Origin: Myxococcales bacterium
GTDB lineage: Bacteria > Myxococcota_A > Polyangia > Polyangiales > DASUME01
Direction of reading: 5' to 3'
DNA length: 64,000 nucleotides
Assembly (NCBI GenBank): GCA_047601445.1
Contig: JASGJH010000001.1
Span: 5,056,001-5,120,000, forward strand
Program-made: the position numbers and the translations under genes
The notes under the pieces: model-generated
The model's input: only the letters and a program-made list of their open reading frames with translations
The model's database searches: none
What the model was told of the DNA's origin: nothing
In this document: positions 47,616-57,672 of the stretch, piece after piece
Layout: each line of letters begins with the position of its first letter
How positions within the stretch are numbered: the first letter of the stretch is position 1

Positions 47616-48341
47616 TCACAACGAGCTGCGATGCCCAGGCGTCTTGCTCGCCCGCTTGAGCTCCGAGCGCAGGTCATTCGGCAGCGCCACGTGGGCCTGG
47701 CGCAGGCACGCGAGGTCCTGGGAGCGCTCGGCCATCAGAACCTCGAGAAACTCCGGCGCCGTGGTCACGCGTGAAGGCACCACGTGCCCTTCGCCGCAGC
47801 TCAAGTCGGCCGCCGCGCGGAACACGGGCTTGAGCGCCGCGTTCAAGCCGCTGTCCAGGAACTCCTGGATCTTGGCGCCGTTGCCCACGTGCTGATCGAT
47901 GGCGCGCTTGACCATGAAGCAAATCGGGCCGTCGACCTCGCAACGACTCACGCTTCGGCGCATGCCCGCGTAGGTCAGGCGCAGGCTCTGCGCGACGATC
48001 TCGGGCTTGATCCGCACCGTCACGCTGACGATCTTGTCTTCGACCCAGGGCACCTCGACCACGCCCTCGCTCTTGATCTCGATCAAGTTCTTGTGTGGAA
48101 GATGTCGGATCGACGACTTCTTCACCGTGAAGCGCGGGTCTTGCTCGTAGGGCAAGAGCAGCGCGCTCGCACGATCGACCTGATCCTCCACCACGCCGCG
48201 CCCGAGCCGCAGCGAAGCCGTACCGCGACTGGCCACCCAGACGGCCGCGGCCGACTGCGTCCCCACGGATTGCGCATGCGCCGCATCCGAGAGCGACACC
48301 AGCGACAGCGCACACAACCACACGCGCCATGCCTTCGTCAT
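47616..48341 (-). CDS. hypothetical secreted protein
   Basis: Signal peptide ending AHA-Q; GGAG RBS; GC3-rich. Confidence 0.6.
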   Translation of the reverse strand: MTKAWRVWLCALSLVSLSDAAHAQSVGTQSAAAVWVASRGTASLRLGRGVVEDQVDRASALLLPYEQDPRFTVKKSSIRHLPHKNLIEIKSEGVVEVPWVEDKIVSVTVRIKPEIVAQSLRLTYAGMRRSVSRCEVDGPICFMVKRAIDQHVGNGAKIQEFLDSGLNAALKPVFRAAADLSCGEGHVVPSRVTTAPEFLEVLMAERSQDLACLRQAHVALPNDLRSELKRASKTPGHRSSL

Positions 48342-48707
48342 CGCGAACTCCCCCAGGAATCCTCGCGAGTCCCGTGAGCAGCGCGCCCGCGCTGCCACGC
48401 TCGCAGTGCCTCCCCAAGCACACGTTCGGCAACGAAGAGCAACGCTTGTGCCAGGTAATCCGGGTTACGAGCGATGTCGTGCTTGGGAGCGGGATCAGGC
48501 AACTTCCGGGCGCCCCTCGCGAGTTCGTGCGCGACCTTGGCCCCTGCGTTCTGCGTGGCAGCCCTGCTCGCAGTGCTCGCCCGATTCGCCGCAGCGCTCA
48601 ACAGCGCACAAGGTCAAACCTGCAGTTCCGTGAGGATCGTGCGCTTTCGCGCGCCGCAAGTAGCATTGGGGTCCGTCCTCGATGACGTGTGCCCTGGAGT
48701 GAGCTCG

Positions 48708-49697
48708 ATGCCCCTACCGAAAGCCTTCGAATCCCTACGCATCCCCGCGGTGGCGGCGCCGATGTTCTTGACCTCGGGCCCAGCCCTGGTCAGCGCCTGC
48801 TGCAAGGCCGGTATGGTCGGTACCTTGCCCGCCCTCAACCAGCGCACCACCGAGGGCTTCGCAGACTGGCTGCGCGAGATCCGCGATGAGCTCGAGCGCC
48901 ATGCCCAAACCACCGGTCAGCAGGCGGCGCCCTTCGGTGTGAACTTGATCGTGCACAAGACCAACCCGCGCGTGATGGCCGATCTCGAGGTGTGCGCCGA
49001 GTTCAAGGTTCCGCTGATCATCACCTCACTCGGTGCGGCCCACGAGGTGGTGGAGAAGGTGCACTCCTATGGCGGCCTGGTGTTCCACGACGTGACCACC
49101 GCCAAGCACGCCAAGAAGGCGGCGGAGGCGGGCGTCGACGGGCTGATCTTGGTCTCGGCCGGTGCGGGCGGTCACGCAGGCACCTGGAGTCCGTTCGCGT
49201 TGCTCTCGGAGGTGCGCCAGTTCTTCTCGGGCACGCTGCTCCTGGCGGGCTGCATCTCGAGCGGCCGTGACATCGCGGCGGCCCAGATGATGGGTGCCGA
49301 CCTGGCCTACATGGGCACGCGCTTCATCGCCACGAAAGAAGCTCTGGTGTCCCAGGCCTACAAAGACATGATCGTGGCCGCAGGGGCCGCGGACATCGTG
49401 TACACGCCCTCCATCTCGAGCATCCCGGCGAGCTTCCTGCGCCAGAGCATCGTGGACGCAGGCCTCGACCCGGACAAGCTCGCGCCTCCTGCGGGGGTGG
49501 ACCTGAGCCACATCACCGAGCCCTACAAGCCCGAGCTCAAGAACAGCAAGGCCTGGCGCGATATCTGGTCGGCGGGTCAGGGTGTGGGCGCCATCCACGA
49601 CCTGCCACCCGCGGGCGAGCTGGTGGCACGCCTGGCCGAGGAGTACCGCGCGGCCACGGCCGAGTTCGCACGTCAGAGCGCACGCTTCACCAAGTAA
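48708..49697 (+). CDS. nitronate monooxygenase / FabK-like flavoprotein
   Basis: AAPMFL, PFGVNLIVH, GAGGHAG, AYMGTRFIAT, WSAGQG. Confidence 0.9.
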   Translation: MPLPKAFESLRIPAVAAPMFLTSGPALVSACCKAGMVGTLPALNQRTTEGFADWLREIRDELERHAQTTGQQAAPFGVNLIVHKTNPRVMADLEVCAEFKVPLIITSLGAAHEVVEKVHSYGGLVFHDVTTAKHAKKAAEAGVDGLILVSAGAGGHAGTWSPFALLSEVRQFFSGTLLLAGCISSGRDIAAAQMMGADLAYMGTRFIATKEALVSQAYKDMIVAAGAADIVYTPSISSIPASFLRQSIVDAGLDPDKLAPPAGVDLSHITEPYKPELKNSKAWRDIWSAGQGVGAIHDLPPAGELVARLAEEYRAATAEFARQSARFTK

Positions 49698-49706
49698 GGA
49701 TTCGCC

Positions 49707-50582
49707 ATGAACTACAACACGCTCGAGTATCGCGTCGAAGACGGCATCCTCACGCTCTGGCTCAATCGGCCCGAGCAACTCAACTCGTTCACGGTGGAGA
49801 TGGCCCACGAGTTGATCCACGCCTTCGAGCGCGCCAGCGACGACGACGCCGTGCGCGCGGTGGTGGTGACCGGCAAGGGCAAAGCGTTCTGCGCCGGCAT
49901 GGACCTCTCCAAGCCCGGCAATGTGTTCGGACTCGACGAGAGCCAGCGCCCGAGCAACCTCGACATGCGCGAGAACCTCGAGGAGCCCTCCATCCTCGAC
50001 GGCGTGCGCGACACGGGTGGCCGCGTGACGCTCGCCATCTACAAGTGCAAGAAGCCCGTGATCGCCGCCATCAACGGCGCCGCGGTGGGCATCGGCGCCA
50101 CCATGACGTGCGCGATGGACGTGCGTTTGGCCTCCAGCAAGGCCCGCGTGGGCTTCGTGTTCGGCAAGATCGGCATCGTGCCCGAGGCCTGCTCGAGCTG
50201 GTTCTTGCCGCGCATCGTGGGCATCTCGCAGGCCCTCGAGTGGTGCTACAGCGGCGACATCTTCACGGCCGAAGAGGGCAAGGCCGGCGGGCTCATCAAG
50301 GCCGTCTACGAGCCCGAGGAGCTCCTGCCCAAGGCCTACGAGCTAGCGCGCAAGTTCAGCCAGAACCGCTCCCCCGTGGGCATCGCCCTCACGCGACAGA
50401 TGATGTACCGCAACAGCGCGCAGCCCTCGCCCCTGGACGCGCACCGCGTGGACTCGCTCGCCATGTTCTACACGAGCATCGGCGACGGCAAGGAGGGCGT
50501 GAAGGCGTTCCTCGAGAAGCGCGACACCCAGTTCGCGGGCAAGGCCAGCGAGATGCCCCCGTTCTACCCGTGGTGGGAGTAA
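49707..50582 (+). CDS. crotonase / enoyl-CoA hydratase family protein
   Basis: LNRPEQLN, FCAGMDL, AAINGAAVGIG, GIVPEA, EGVKAFLEKR. Confidence 0.93.
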   Translation: MNYNTLEYRVEDGILTLWLNRPEQLNSFTVEMAHELIHAFERASDDDAVRAVVVTGKGKAFCAGMDLSKPGNVFGLDESQRPSNLDMRENLEEPSILDGVRDTGGRVTLAIYKCKKPVIAAINGAAVGIGATMTCAMDVRLASSKARVGFVFGKIGIVPEACSSWFLPRIVGISQALEWCYSGDIFTAEEGKAGGLIKAVYEPEELLPKAYELARKFSQNRSPVGIALTRQMMYRNSAQPSPLDAHRVDSLAMFYTSIGDGKEGVKAFLEKRDTQFAGKASEMPPFYPWWE

Positions 50583-50591
50583 GCTCCTGCC

Positions 50592-52376
50592 ATGCCGAAT
50601 CCGCTGCTGAACGACCGTGACGTCAACTTCCTCCTGCACGAGGTGTTCGACGTCGAGCAGCTGTGCGCCCTGCCGTATTTCAGGGAGCACTCGCGCGAGA
50701 CCTTCGACCTCTATCTGGACGCTTGCCGCAAGCTCGCGCGCGAGCAGCTCTTTCCGAGCTATCGCCCCATCGACGAGGCGCCGCCCAGGCTGGTCAACGG
50801 TCGCGTGCAGGTGCACCCGCGCATGCAGGAGCTGTTCGGTGCGCTGTCGCGGCTCGGCGTGGTCAACGCCACGCGGCCGGATGCAGTGGGAGGCCAGCAG
50901 CTGCCGTTCACGCTGTGGAGTGTGGGCGGAGCCTATTTGAGCGCGGGCAACTTGAGCGCGTATGGCTACGTCGGGCTGAGCGCAGGCGCGGCGCGCTTGA
51001 TCGAGTCGTTCGGCAGCGAAGAACTCAAGGCCGCGTACATGGAGCCCATCTATCGAGGCGAGTGGACGGGCACCATGGCGCTCACCGAGCCGCAGGCCGG
51101 GTCGAGCCTGGCCGACGTGAAGACGCGAGCGGTTCCTCAGCCCGACGGTAGCTACCGCTTGAGTGGCTCCAAGATCTTCATCTCGGGCGGCGATCAGAAC
51201 ATCACCGAGAACATCGTGCACATGACGTTGGGCCGCATCGAAGGCGCCCCGCCCGGTGTGAAAGGCATCAGCCTGTTCGCGGTGCCGCAGAGGCGCCTGG
51301 AGGGTGGCGCGCTGGTCGACAACGACACCGCCACCGCGGGTGTGATCCACAAGATCGGCTGGCGTGGACTGCCGAGCATCGCGCTCAACCTCGGCGAGCG
51401 CGGCGAGTGCCACGGCTACCTGGTGGGCAAGCCCAACCTCGGGCTCAGCTACATGTTCCAGATGATGAACGAGGCGCGCTTGATGGTGGGCATGCAGGGC
51501 ATCGCCACCGCCTACGTGGCGTACCAGGAAGCGCTCGAATATGCGCGCACGCGCCCGCAGGGACGCGCGCTCAGCGACAAGAACCCGGAGGCGCCGCAGG
51601 TTCCCATCGTGCAGCACGCGGACGTGCGCCGCATGCTGCTGCGCCAGAAAGCCATCGTGGAAGGCGCGCTGGGGCTGTTGATCTTCGTGGCGGTGCAGTC
51701 GGATCTGGCTGAGCACTCCGAGGTGCCCGCGCAGAAGGAGCGCGCCCAGCTGCTGCTCGATCTGCTGACGCCGGTCACCAAGAGCTTTCCGGCCGAGCAC
51801 GGCTTCGAGGCGAACGCGCTGGCGGTGCAGATCCACGGTGGTTACGGGTACTCGAGCGAATACTTGCCCGAGGCGTGGCTGCGCGACCAGAAGCTCAACA
51901 GCATCCACGAGGGCACCACCGGTATCCAAAGCCTCGACCTGCTCGGGCGCAAGGTGAGCATGCACGAGGGTCGTGCCCTGCTCGAGTTCGCGCGCCAAGT
52001 GCGCGCGGCCGTGGGCAGCGCGGAGGCAGCCAACGTGGACCCGCGCCTCAGCACGGCCATCGCACAGGCCCTCGAGACCACGCTGGAGCTCACCCAGCAC
52101 TTGCTCGGCTTGCGCGACGCGGAAGCGCGCCTGTTGCACAGCGCGGACTACCTCGAGTTGTTCTCGCTCCTGGCCGTGGGCTTTATCTGGCTCAAGCAGG
52201 CAACCCAGGCTCAGATGGCATTGCGCGCGGAGGGCGCCGACGCGAACTTCTATCGCGGCAAGCTGGCGGCAGCGCAGTACTGGATCTTGACCGACGTGCC
52301 TCGGATTCAGCAGCTGGCGGCGTTGTGTCGAAGCGGCGAAGATTCCTACGCCAGGCTCTCGCCCGACTGGCTCTGA
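50592..52376 (+). CDS. acyl-CoA dehydrogenase (long ~600-aa type)
   Basis: [49 protein letters not shown]. Confidence 0.95.
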   Translation: MPNPLLNDRDVNFLLHEVFDVEQLCALPYFREHSRETFDLYLDACRKLAREQLFPSYRPIDEAPPRLVNGRVQVHPRMQELFGALSRLGVVNATRPDAVGGQQLPFTLWSVGGAYLSAGNLSAYGYVGLSAGAARLIESFGSEELKAAYMEPIYRGEWTGTMALTEPQAGSSLADVKTRAVPQPDGSYRLSGSKIFISGGDQNITENIVHMTLGRIEGAPPGVKGISLFAVPQRRLEGGALVDNDTATAGVIHKIGWRGLPSIALNLGERGECHGYLVGKPNLGLSYMFQMMNEARLMVGMQGIATAYVAYQEALEYARTRPQGRALSDKNPEAPQVPIVQHADVRRMLLRQKAIVEGALGLLIFVAVQSDLAEHSEVPAQKERAQLLLDLLTPVTKSFPAEHGFEANALAVQIHGGYGYSSEYLPEAWLRDQKLNSIHEGTTGIQSLDLLGRKVSMHEGRALLEFARQVRAAVGSAEAANVDPRLSTAIAQALETTLELTQHLLGLRDAEARLLHSADYLELFSLLAVGFIWLKQATQAQMALRAEGADANFYRGKLAAAQYWILTDVPRIQQLAALCRSGEDSYARLSPDWL

Positions 52377-52512
52377 GGCTCGTTCCCGGCGCGGCGTTGT
52401 AGCAACCTGCCGCACTGTGATATCGAAAATCGGCTCGAAACACGCGGCGAACCTCGTGGATCGGCGACCTCCTTGATCGCTCGCGTAGGAGAAGCCATAC
52501 GCAGCGGGTCGT

Positions 52513-53307
52513 ATGCCGTTTAACGTCGCTGCTTGGTTGAGTCAGTCGAACGTCGCGTGGCGCCGCGCCCTTGGCACCGCCCTTCTCGCGAGCGCGTTGT
52601 TGTCTCTGTTTGCTCCGCCCGCGCACGCCGAGTCACCTCCTGCGCCCGCCGGTCAGGCGGAGGTCGCGCAGCTCGAGCGGGAGCTTGACCTGCATGCGCG
52701 GGAGGGGCGCCGCGAGCGCATCTCCCAGGGCATCATGGGCCTGGTGCTGGGCGCGACCCTCTTGCCCGCAGGCATCGTGCTCGGGAAGCGCAATGACGAG
52801 CTCGTGCACTTGGTGAGCATCGGCACCACCGTGACGGGTGCGACCCAGCTGCTGAAGCTGCCGGGGCTCATCTTCCCCTCGGACATGGAGCGCATGCGCG
52901 GCGACTACCTCAAGCTCAAGCAAAGCGGACTGTCGGGCTCGGAGCTCGTGCGCGCGACCGAGAAGATCTGGCAGAAGGAAGCGCGCCAGGAGCACCTCGG
53001 GCGCGCCGTCATCGGCTACTTCCACCTCGGCGTGGGTATGGCGGCCATCCCGCTCGGCCTCTTCTTCATGCTGAGACACGAGGTGGGCGACATGAGCCAC
53101 ACCAAGCAGCTCAACGTGGGCTCCACGCTGCTCGGCATCGGCATTCCCGTCATGGGGGTGGCGGCCGAGCTCCTGTTCAACAAGGGACCCGTGGAGCGCT
53201 CCTGGCAGAGTCACGAGGTGACACGGCGTGAACGACTGACACGCATCGAACTCAACGTGGCGCCCGTGGCCCACGGTGGAATGCTCTCCGCAGGTGGCCG
53301 CTTCTGA
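52513..53307 (+). CDS. hypothetical membrane protein
   Basis: Signal peptide (AHA-E), two hydrophobic hairpins, C-terminal GGRF. Confidence 0.65.
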   Translation: MPFNVAAWLSQSNVAWRRALGTALLASALLSLFAPPAHAESPPAPAGQAEVAQLERELDLHAREGRRERISQGIMGLVLGATLLPAGIVLGKRNDELVHLVSIGTTVTGATQLLKLPGLIFPSDMERMRGDYLKLKQSGLSGSELVRATEKIWQKEARQEHLGRAVIGYFHLGVGMAAIPLGLFFMLRHEVGDMSHTKQLNVGSTLLGIGIPVMGVAAELLFNKGPVERSWQSHEVTRRERLTRIELNVAPVAHGGMLSAGGRF

Positions 53308-53348
53308 GCGAGGCGCTCTACGTTCTGGCGCTGTACCCCGCCACGCTG

Positions 53349-53924
53349 TTGGCCTGGCGCGCGCGCCGCGTAAACCCGCCTTGGCCGCGCTGCACTTTCG
53401 TCGGTCTGCTGCTCATTGGCCTGCCAACGCTACTGCAGTTCACGGGGCTACCCGAGCTGCTCCCCTGGCTCGAGCGGAATGGGGACGCCGTCGCGCGCGG
53501 TGAGCTCTGGCGCCTGTTGAGTGCGGCCCTCGTGCAGGATGGCGGACCACCCGGCGCGCTGTTCAACCTGTCTGCCTTGTTGCTGGTCGGCAGCGTCGCC
53601 GAGCGCTGGCTCTCCGCGGGGCGCTGGCTGAGCGTGGCGCTCACCGGGAGCCTGGTGGGCAACCTCGCGGGCCTGCTCTGGCAGCCCGTGGGCGCGGGGA
53701 ATTCGGCCCTGGTGTTCGGCCTGGCCGGATCCCTCGGCACGCTATGCCTGCGCGCTCGCGTCGCGGGCAGCGCATGGCTCGCGCTCAGCTTCGCTGCGGC
53801 GCTGGCCCTCCTGCTCGACCGTGACCTGCACGGCGCGGCGGCCTGCGCGGGTGCGCTCGTCGCATGGACGTTTCCACGCCCTACGACGAGCGCTTCCGAC
53901 TCAGAACAACACGGGCGCCGCTAG
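53349..53924 (+). CDS. rhomboid-family intramembrane serine protease
   Basis: GELWRLLS, FNL, GAGNS (catalytic Ser), DLHG (catalytic His). Confidence 0.72.
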   Translation: MAWRARRVNPPWPRCTFVGLLLIGLPTLLQFTGLPELLPWLERNGDAVARGELWRLLSAALVQDGGPPGALFNLSALLLVGSVAERWLSAGRWLSVALTGSLVGNLAGLLWQPVGAGNSALVFGLAGSLGTLCLRARVAGSAWLALSFAAALALLLDRDLHGAAACAGALVAWTFPRPTTSASDSEQHGRR

Positions 53925-56204
53925 CGCGCAGATGTTGTTGATGCACTCCATGCCCTCGGTGGCGAAGCCGCAGCAGTCTTCGTTCTTCTCGCAGCGGTCG
54001 TACTCCGCCGAGCAGCTGGGAGCGGTGGCCGAGCAGGTGGTGGCACCCGCGGGACCGCCGCAATAACCGCCGCAGCACTCGTCGCCCGTCTCGCAGCTCA
54101 TGCCGTCGCCCTTGCACGGGTCGAGCACCCAGTAGCCGCGCATGTTGCCCGCCTGCAGCTCCTGCGCGGGCAGGTAGAACGCGGGATGGCTCGGATCCTT
54201 GCCAGGCTCGGGATTGAGGTCGAGCGCCGCCACCCAGAGCTTCTTGGGCGTGATCTGCTTGGGATCCTGCCAGTTGTACTCGCGAGGGTCGCTGGTCCTG
54301 GGATCGACGTGGGCAATCTGGCCGTACATGCGACGACTGGTGAAGACGACCCAGGCATAACCGCCCGAGACCACCGGGTTCACCGTGGGCTCGAAGTTCT
54401 GCTGATTGTCCTTGTCGTGATTGGTGCCGTAGGGCGAACCGCTGCCGTTGAGACCGTCGAGGCGCACGGCCTGCTTGGACTCGATGTCGATGTACCAGAG
54501 CTCGGCCTTCACGCCGTTGCGCGTGAAGCCGTACTCGTTCTCCTCGACCTCGACCTCGAACACGATGCCCTTGCCGTCCGGCGTGAAGCTCGGCCAGGCC
54601 ACGGGCTTGCCGTTTTCGGGTGTGTAGAGCTTCTGCACGGCCCCGAAGGTCTGGGTGGCCGGGTCGTAGTCCACGATGGCGAGCGACTTGTTGTCGCCAC
54701 CGGCGGCGTCGTTACCCCAGTTGAACGCGAGGCGCTTGCCGTCCGGCGAAAACGCCGGCAAGCGGGCCTTGAGGGTCTCGGGCAGCCCGCGGCGACCCTG
54801 GTTGGCGAGATCGGGCAAGGAGTACACCTGGCTCGAGCCGTCGGTCCTGAGCGGGCTGTCGCCAGCGAAGGAGACCGCGAAGCTGCCATCCGGATAGATC
54901 GCGGGATACGTGATGTTCTGGGTACCGGGCATGGTCTCCGCGATGGGATCCATGCGCAGGTCGTAGATGCTGCTGTTCTTGTAGCCGTTGTCGCCGTGCA
55001 CGCTGTGCAGGTTGTTGCCCTGCGCCGCCACCGAGTGGCACACGCGGCAGCCGGTCTGGTCGTCGCTGTTGGTGCCTGCCACCACGTCAGGTGCCGTGCG
55101 CCCGGGCTTGATGGCCAAGGTGCCTGCGCCGAAGTCCGGCCCGGTGCGCTTGCTGCCGTCGCTGCGACAGTCCGAGGCGTTGTCCGTCAGGCCGCAGCTC
55201 GGTTCACCCGAGTTGGCGAGGGGCATGCCGTCCACGAGCACCTTGGTGCCGTAGGAGTTGTAATACACGGTGCCCTTGAGCGAGGCCTGCGCGATGGTGA
55301 CCTGCACCTTCACCGGACCCACGGCCTGGGCGGCCTCGCCGAACACGAGCTCGATGCTGAGCGGCGCGCTGGCGCTGGAGAGCACCGCCGCGTTCCAGAT
55401 GGCGGTGGGGACGATCAGGTTGTCGAAGAGGTTCGTGTTGGAGAAGCCCGACTTGGGCGGCGCCGCGAAGTAGCCCTTGTACTCGAAGTTGGTCGTGCTC
55501 AGGTGGAGCATCGCCGACGTGAACGTGTGCTTGTCGAGGTCGTTGGCGGGACCGTTGGCCCACTGCAGCACCGGAGGCAAGAGCCCGCGCGGCAGCACGG
55601 TGTTGTCGTAGGGGTAGAGCAGCTTCACGTCGGCGTCGGCCACCGGCGTGCCGTTCAACACCGTCTGCTGGTCGGGCGTGGCGCCCGGAGCAGGACCATC
55701 GCCGCCCACGCCGCCGAAGCCACCTGCGCCCGGGTCGGTGGGCGCAGCCTGGTAGTTCGGGTCGCCCGCCGTGTCGGTCCAGTTGATGGCCACAGTGAGG
55801 TTGATCGACCCGGTGATGTTGCCGTACTTGGCGGTGATCTTCACCACCCCCGCGGCCTTGCCGCTGGCCGTGAACATGCCGGTGGCTGGATCGATATTGC
55901 CGATCTCCACGCGGTCCACGGTCCACACCGGCGAGATGGCGCGGTCGTCCTGGGTAGCGGCGAACTGCAGCGTGGCCGGTGCGCTCGAGTTGAGCGTGAG
56001 GGTTTGGTCCGTGGGCGTGAGCACCAGCGGCGAGGTGGAGGGCATCGGGTTCTGGTCGCCGTCGCCCCCCATGCTGCCGTCGATCCCGCCATCGCCATCC
56101 CCGAGGCCGCTGTCGCCGTCGTCATCGACGTTGCCGTTCGAGCCGCCGGGTCCGCAGCCTGCCAGGTAGAGCAGACCACCGAAGGCCGCAGAGTAGAGAC
56201 GCAT
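53901..56204 (-). CDS. TolB-like beta-propeller lipoprotein with Cys-rich tail
   Basis: LAGC lipobox, GDGD linker, YPYDNTVLP, GTVYY, CRVCH, FSPDGK/FTPDGK repeats, WVVFTSRR, HPAFYLPAQ. Confidence 0.8.
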   Translation of the reverse strand: MRLYSAAFGGLLYLAGCGPGGSNGNVDDDGDSGLGDGDGGIDGSMGGDGDQNPMPSTSPLVLTPTDQTLTLNSSAPATLQFAATQDDRAISPVWTVDRVEIGNIDPATGMFTASGKAAGVVKITAKYGNITGSINLTVAINWTDTAGDPNYQAAPTDPGAGGFGGVGGDGPAPGATPDQQTVLNGTPVADADVKLLYPYDNTVLPRGLLPPVLQWANGPANDLDKHTFTSAMLHLSTTNFEYKGYFAAPPKSGFSNTNLFDNLIVPTAIWNAAVLSSASAPLSIELVFGEAAQAVGPVKVQVTIAQASLKGTVYYNSYGTKVLVDGMPLANSGEPSCGLTDNASDCRSDGSKRTGPDFGAGTLAIKPGRTAPDVVAGTNSDDQTGCRVCHSVAAQGNNLHSVHGDNGYKNSSIYDLRMDPIAETMPGTQNITYPAIYPDGSFAVSFAGDSPLRTDGSSQVYSLPDLANQGRRGLPETLKARLPAFSPDGKRLAFNWGNDAAGGDNKSLAIVDYDPATQTFGAVQKLYTPENGKPVAWPSFTPDGKGIVFEVEVEENEYGFTRNGVKAELWYIDIESKQAVRLDGLNGSGSPYGTNHDKDNQQNFEPTVNPVVSGGYAWVVFTSRRMYGQIAHVDPRTSDPREYNWQDPKQITPKKLWVAALDLNPEPGKDPSHPAFYLPAQELQAGNMRGYWVLDPCKGDGMSCETGDECCGGYCGGPAGATTCSATAPSCSAEYDRCEKNEDCCGFATEGMECINNICALAAPVLF

Positions 56205-56660
56205 GGACGATGTATGGAGTCGAGCCGCCAAAGGAAACCTCGATGGAAGAGAGTGTCCCGCCAAGCGAAACGGGTCACGGCCTGGTGCGTGCCGGGAGAC
56301 GCGCAGTCGCAACGGCGCAGCAGCTCCCAGTCAGGTGGTTGAACACCAGACGAGATTCCATTTTCCAATCGTCACGTCGCCCCGCGTCAAGCGTCAAAAC
56401 ACAGCGATTTACACGCGTACATAGCGGGGGACGGAGCGCGCCGGAGACGTGGGTAGGATGATCGCGCTGAGCGGTACACTGCACCGTTCACCGTGCCCGT
56501 GTTGGTCGTTGTCACTTGGCGGTAAGACCGGTCGTCGCCGTCGCCCTCGCCCTCAACCGCCTGCGCTGTCCAAGTCGACGTGGACCGTGGCAACTGTCCA
56601 CGCCCACGACAACCGCTTTCCGCGGACCGCGTCAACGAGTTCAGCTGGGCCCGCGGAGGT

Positions 56661-56728
56661 CTCTCGAGAACACCCTAGCTCTCTCGAGAACACCAGGCCT
56701 TCTCGAGAACACCAGGCCTTCTCGAGAA
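56661..56728. repeat. about 3.5 tandem copies of a 19-20-bp unit
   Basis: TCTCGAGAACACC(CTAGCTC/AGGCCT) repeated; each unit carries the palindrome TCTCGAGA. Confidence 0.85.
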
Positions 56729-56785
56729 GAGACCGCATGAGCCACCCCGTGGCCCCCGCTCCGCTTTACCGAGCCCAGGGGAGGA

Positions 56786-57658
56786 TCAGAGCCCTCGTGA
56801 CCACTCGGGGCGCAATGCCACCTCGCCGGCCAGGGCCGCATCGATGGTGGCCACGATGCGTTCGCGGTCCTCGGGCAGCACGCCGGCCAGGGGTAAGTAA
56901 TTGGAGGCGTGGTTGGTGCGGAAGAGCGCGCGGCGCGGGCGCGCCTCGTGGACGATGGTCCTCAGCTCACCGAACATCTGCGCCAGGCTCGGCAACACGA
57001 ACTTGCCCTTCTGACGCAACGTGGCCAGCGGCGTGCTCGGCACCACCGTGGTGGTGAGGGCTGCCAAGAACTCCGGGTCCATGGCCGTGACGAGCTCCGC
57101 CGTGCGCGCCGCATGCTCCGCAGAGCGCTCCACGCCGGCTACTCCGAGCATGGTGATCACGCTGATCTCCATGCCCGCCGCATGGGCCCGCTGTGCCGCC
57201 TCCACGTGCTCCGCGAACGTGCTTCCCTTGGCGATGCGCTTCAAGGTCACGTCGTCGCCAGACTCCGGACCGATGTACAAACGCGTGAGCCCGGCCTCGC
57301 GCAGCTGCCTCAGCTCCTCGTCGCTCTTGGCCAACACGTTGCGCGCCATGGCGTAGCAGGAAACGCGCTCGAGGTGCGCGAAGCCGCGCTGCATGCTCTG
57401 CAGCAGGGCCAGCCAGTGATCGACGGGCAAGATCAGCGCATCTCCGTCGGCCACGAATACCTTGCGCACGCGGGAGCCGAAGCGACGCGCGGCCTCGTCG
57501 AGGTCCTCGAGAGACTCCGCGAGCGGGCGCACGCTGAAGTCCTTGTCGCGATACATGTCGCAGTACACGCAGGCATTCCACGAGCACCCGATGGTGGCTT
57601 GCAGGATGTAGGCGTCGGCCTCGGAGGGGGGACGATAGAGCTGGCCTTGATAGCGCAC
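56786..57658 (-). CDS. radical SAM protein
   Basis: YRPPSEA, CSWNACVYC, VFVADGDAL, YIGPESG, FRTNHASNY. Confidence 0.9.
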   Translation of the reverse strand: MRYQGQLYRPPSEADAYILQATIGCSWNACVYCDMYRDKDFSVRPLAESLEDLDEAARRFGSRVRKVFVADGDALILPVDHWLALLQSMQRGFAHLERVSCYAMARNVLAKSDEELRQLREAGLTRLYIGPESGDDVTLKRIAKGSTFAEHVEAAQRAHAAGMEISVITMLGVAGVERSAEHAARTAELVTAMDPEFLAALTTTVVPSTPLATLRQKGKFVLPSLAQMFGELRTIVHEARPRRALFRTNHASNYLPLAGVLPEDRERIVATIDAALAGEVALRPEWSRGL

Positions 57659-57672
57659 GGAGTCCTCGCGCC

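Noticed and set aside
56661..56728. Possible mini-CRISPR array
   Set aside because: Units are only 19-20 bp, the intervening bases are 6-7 nt and mostly identical, and no cas genes are present.
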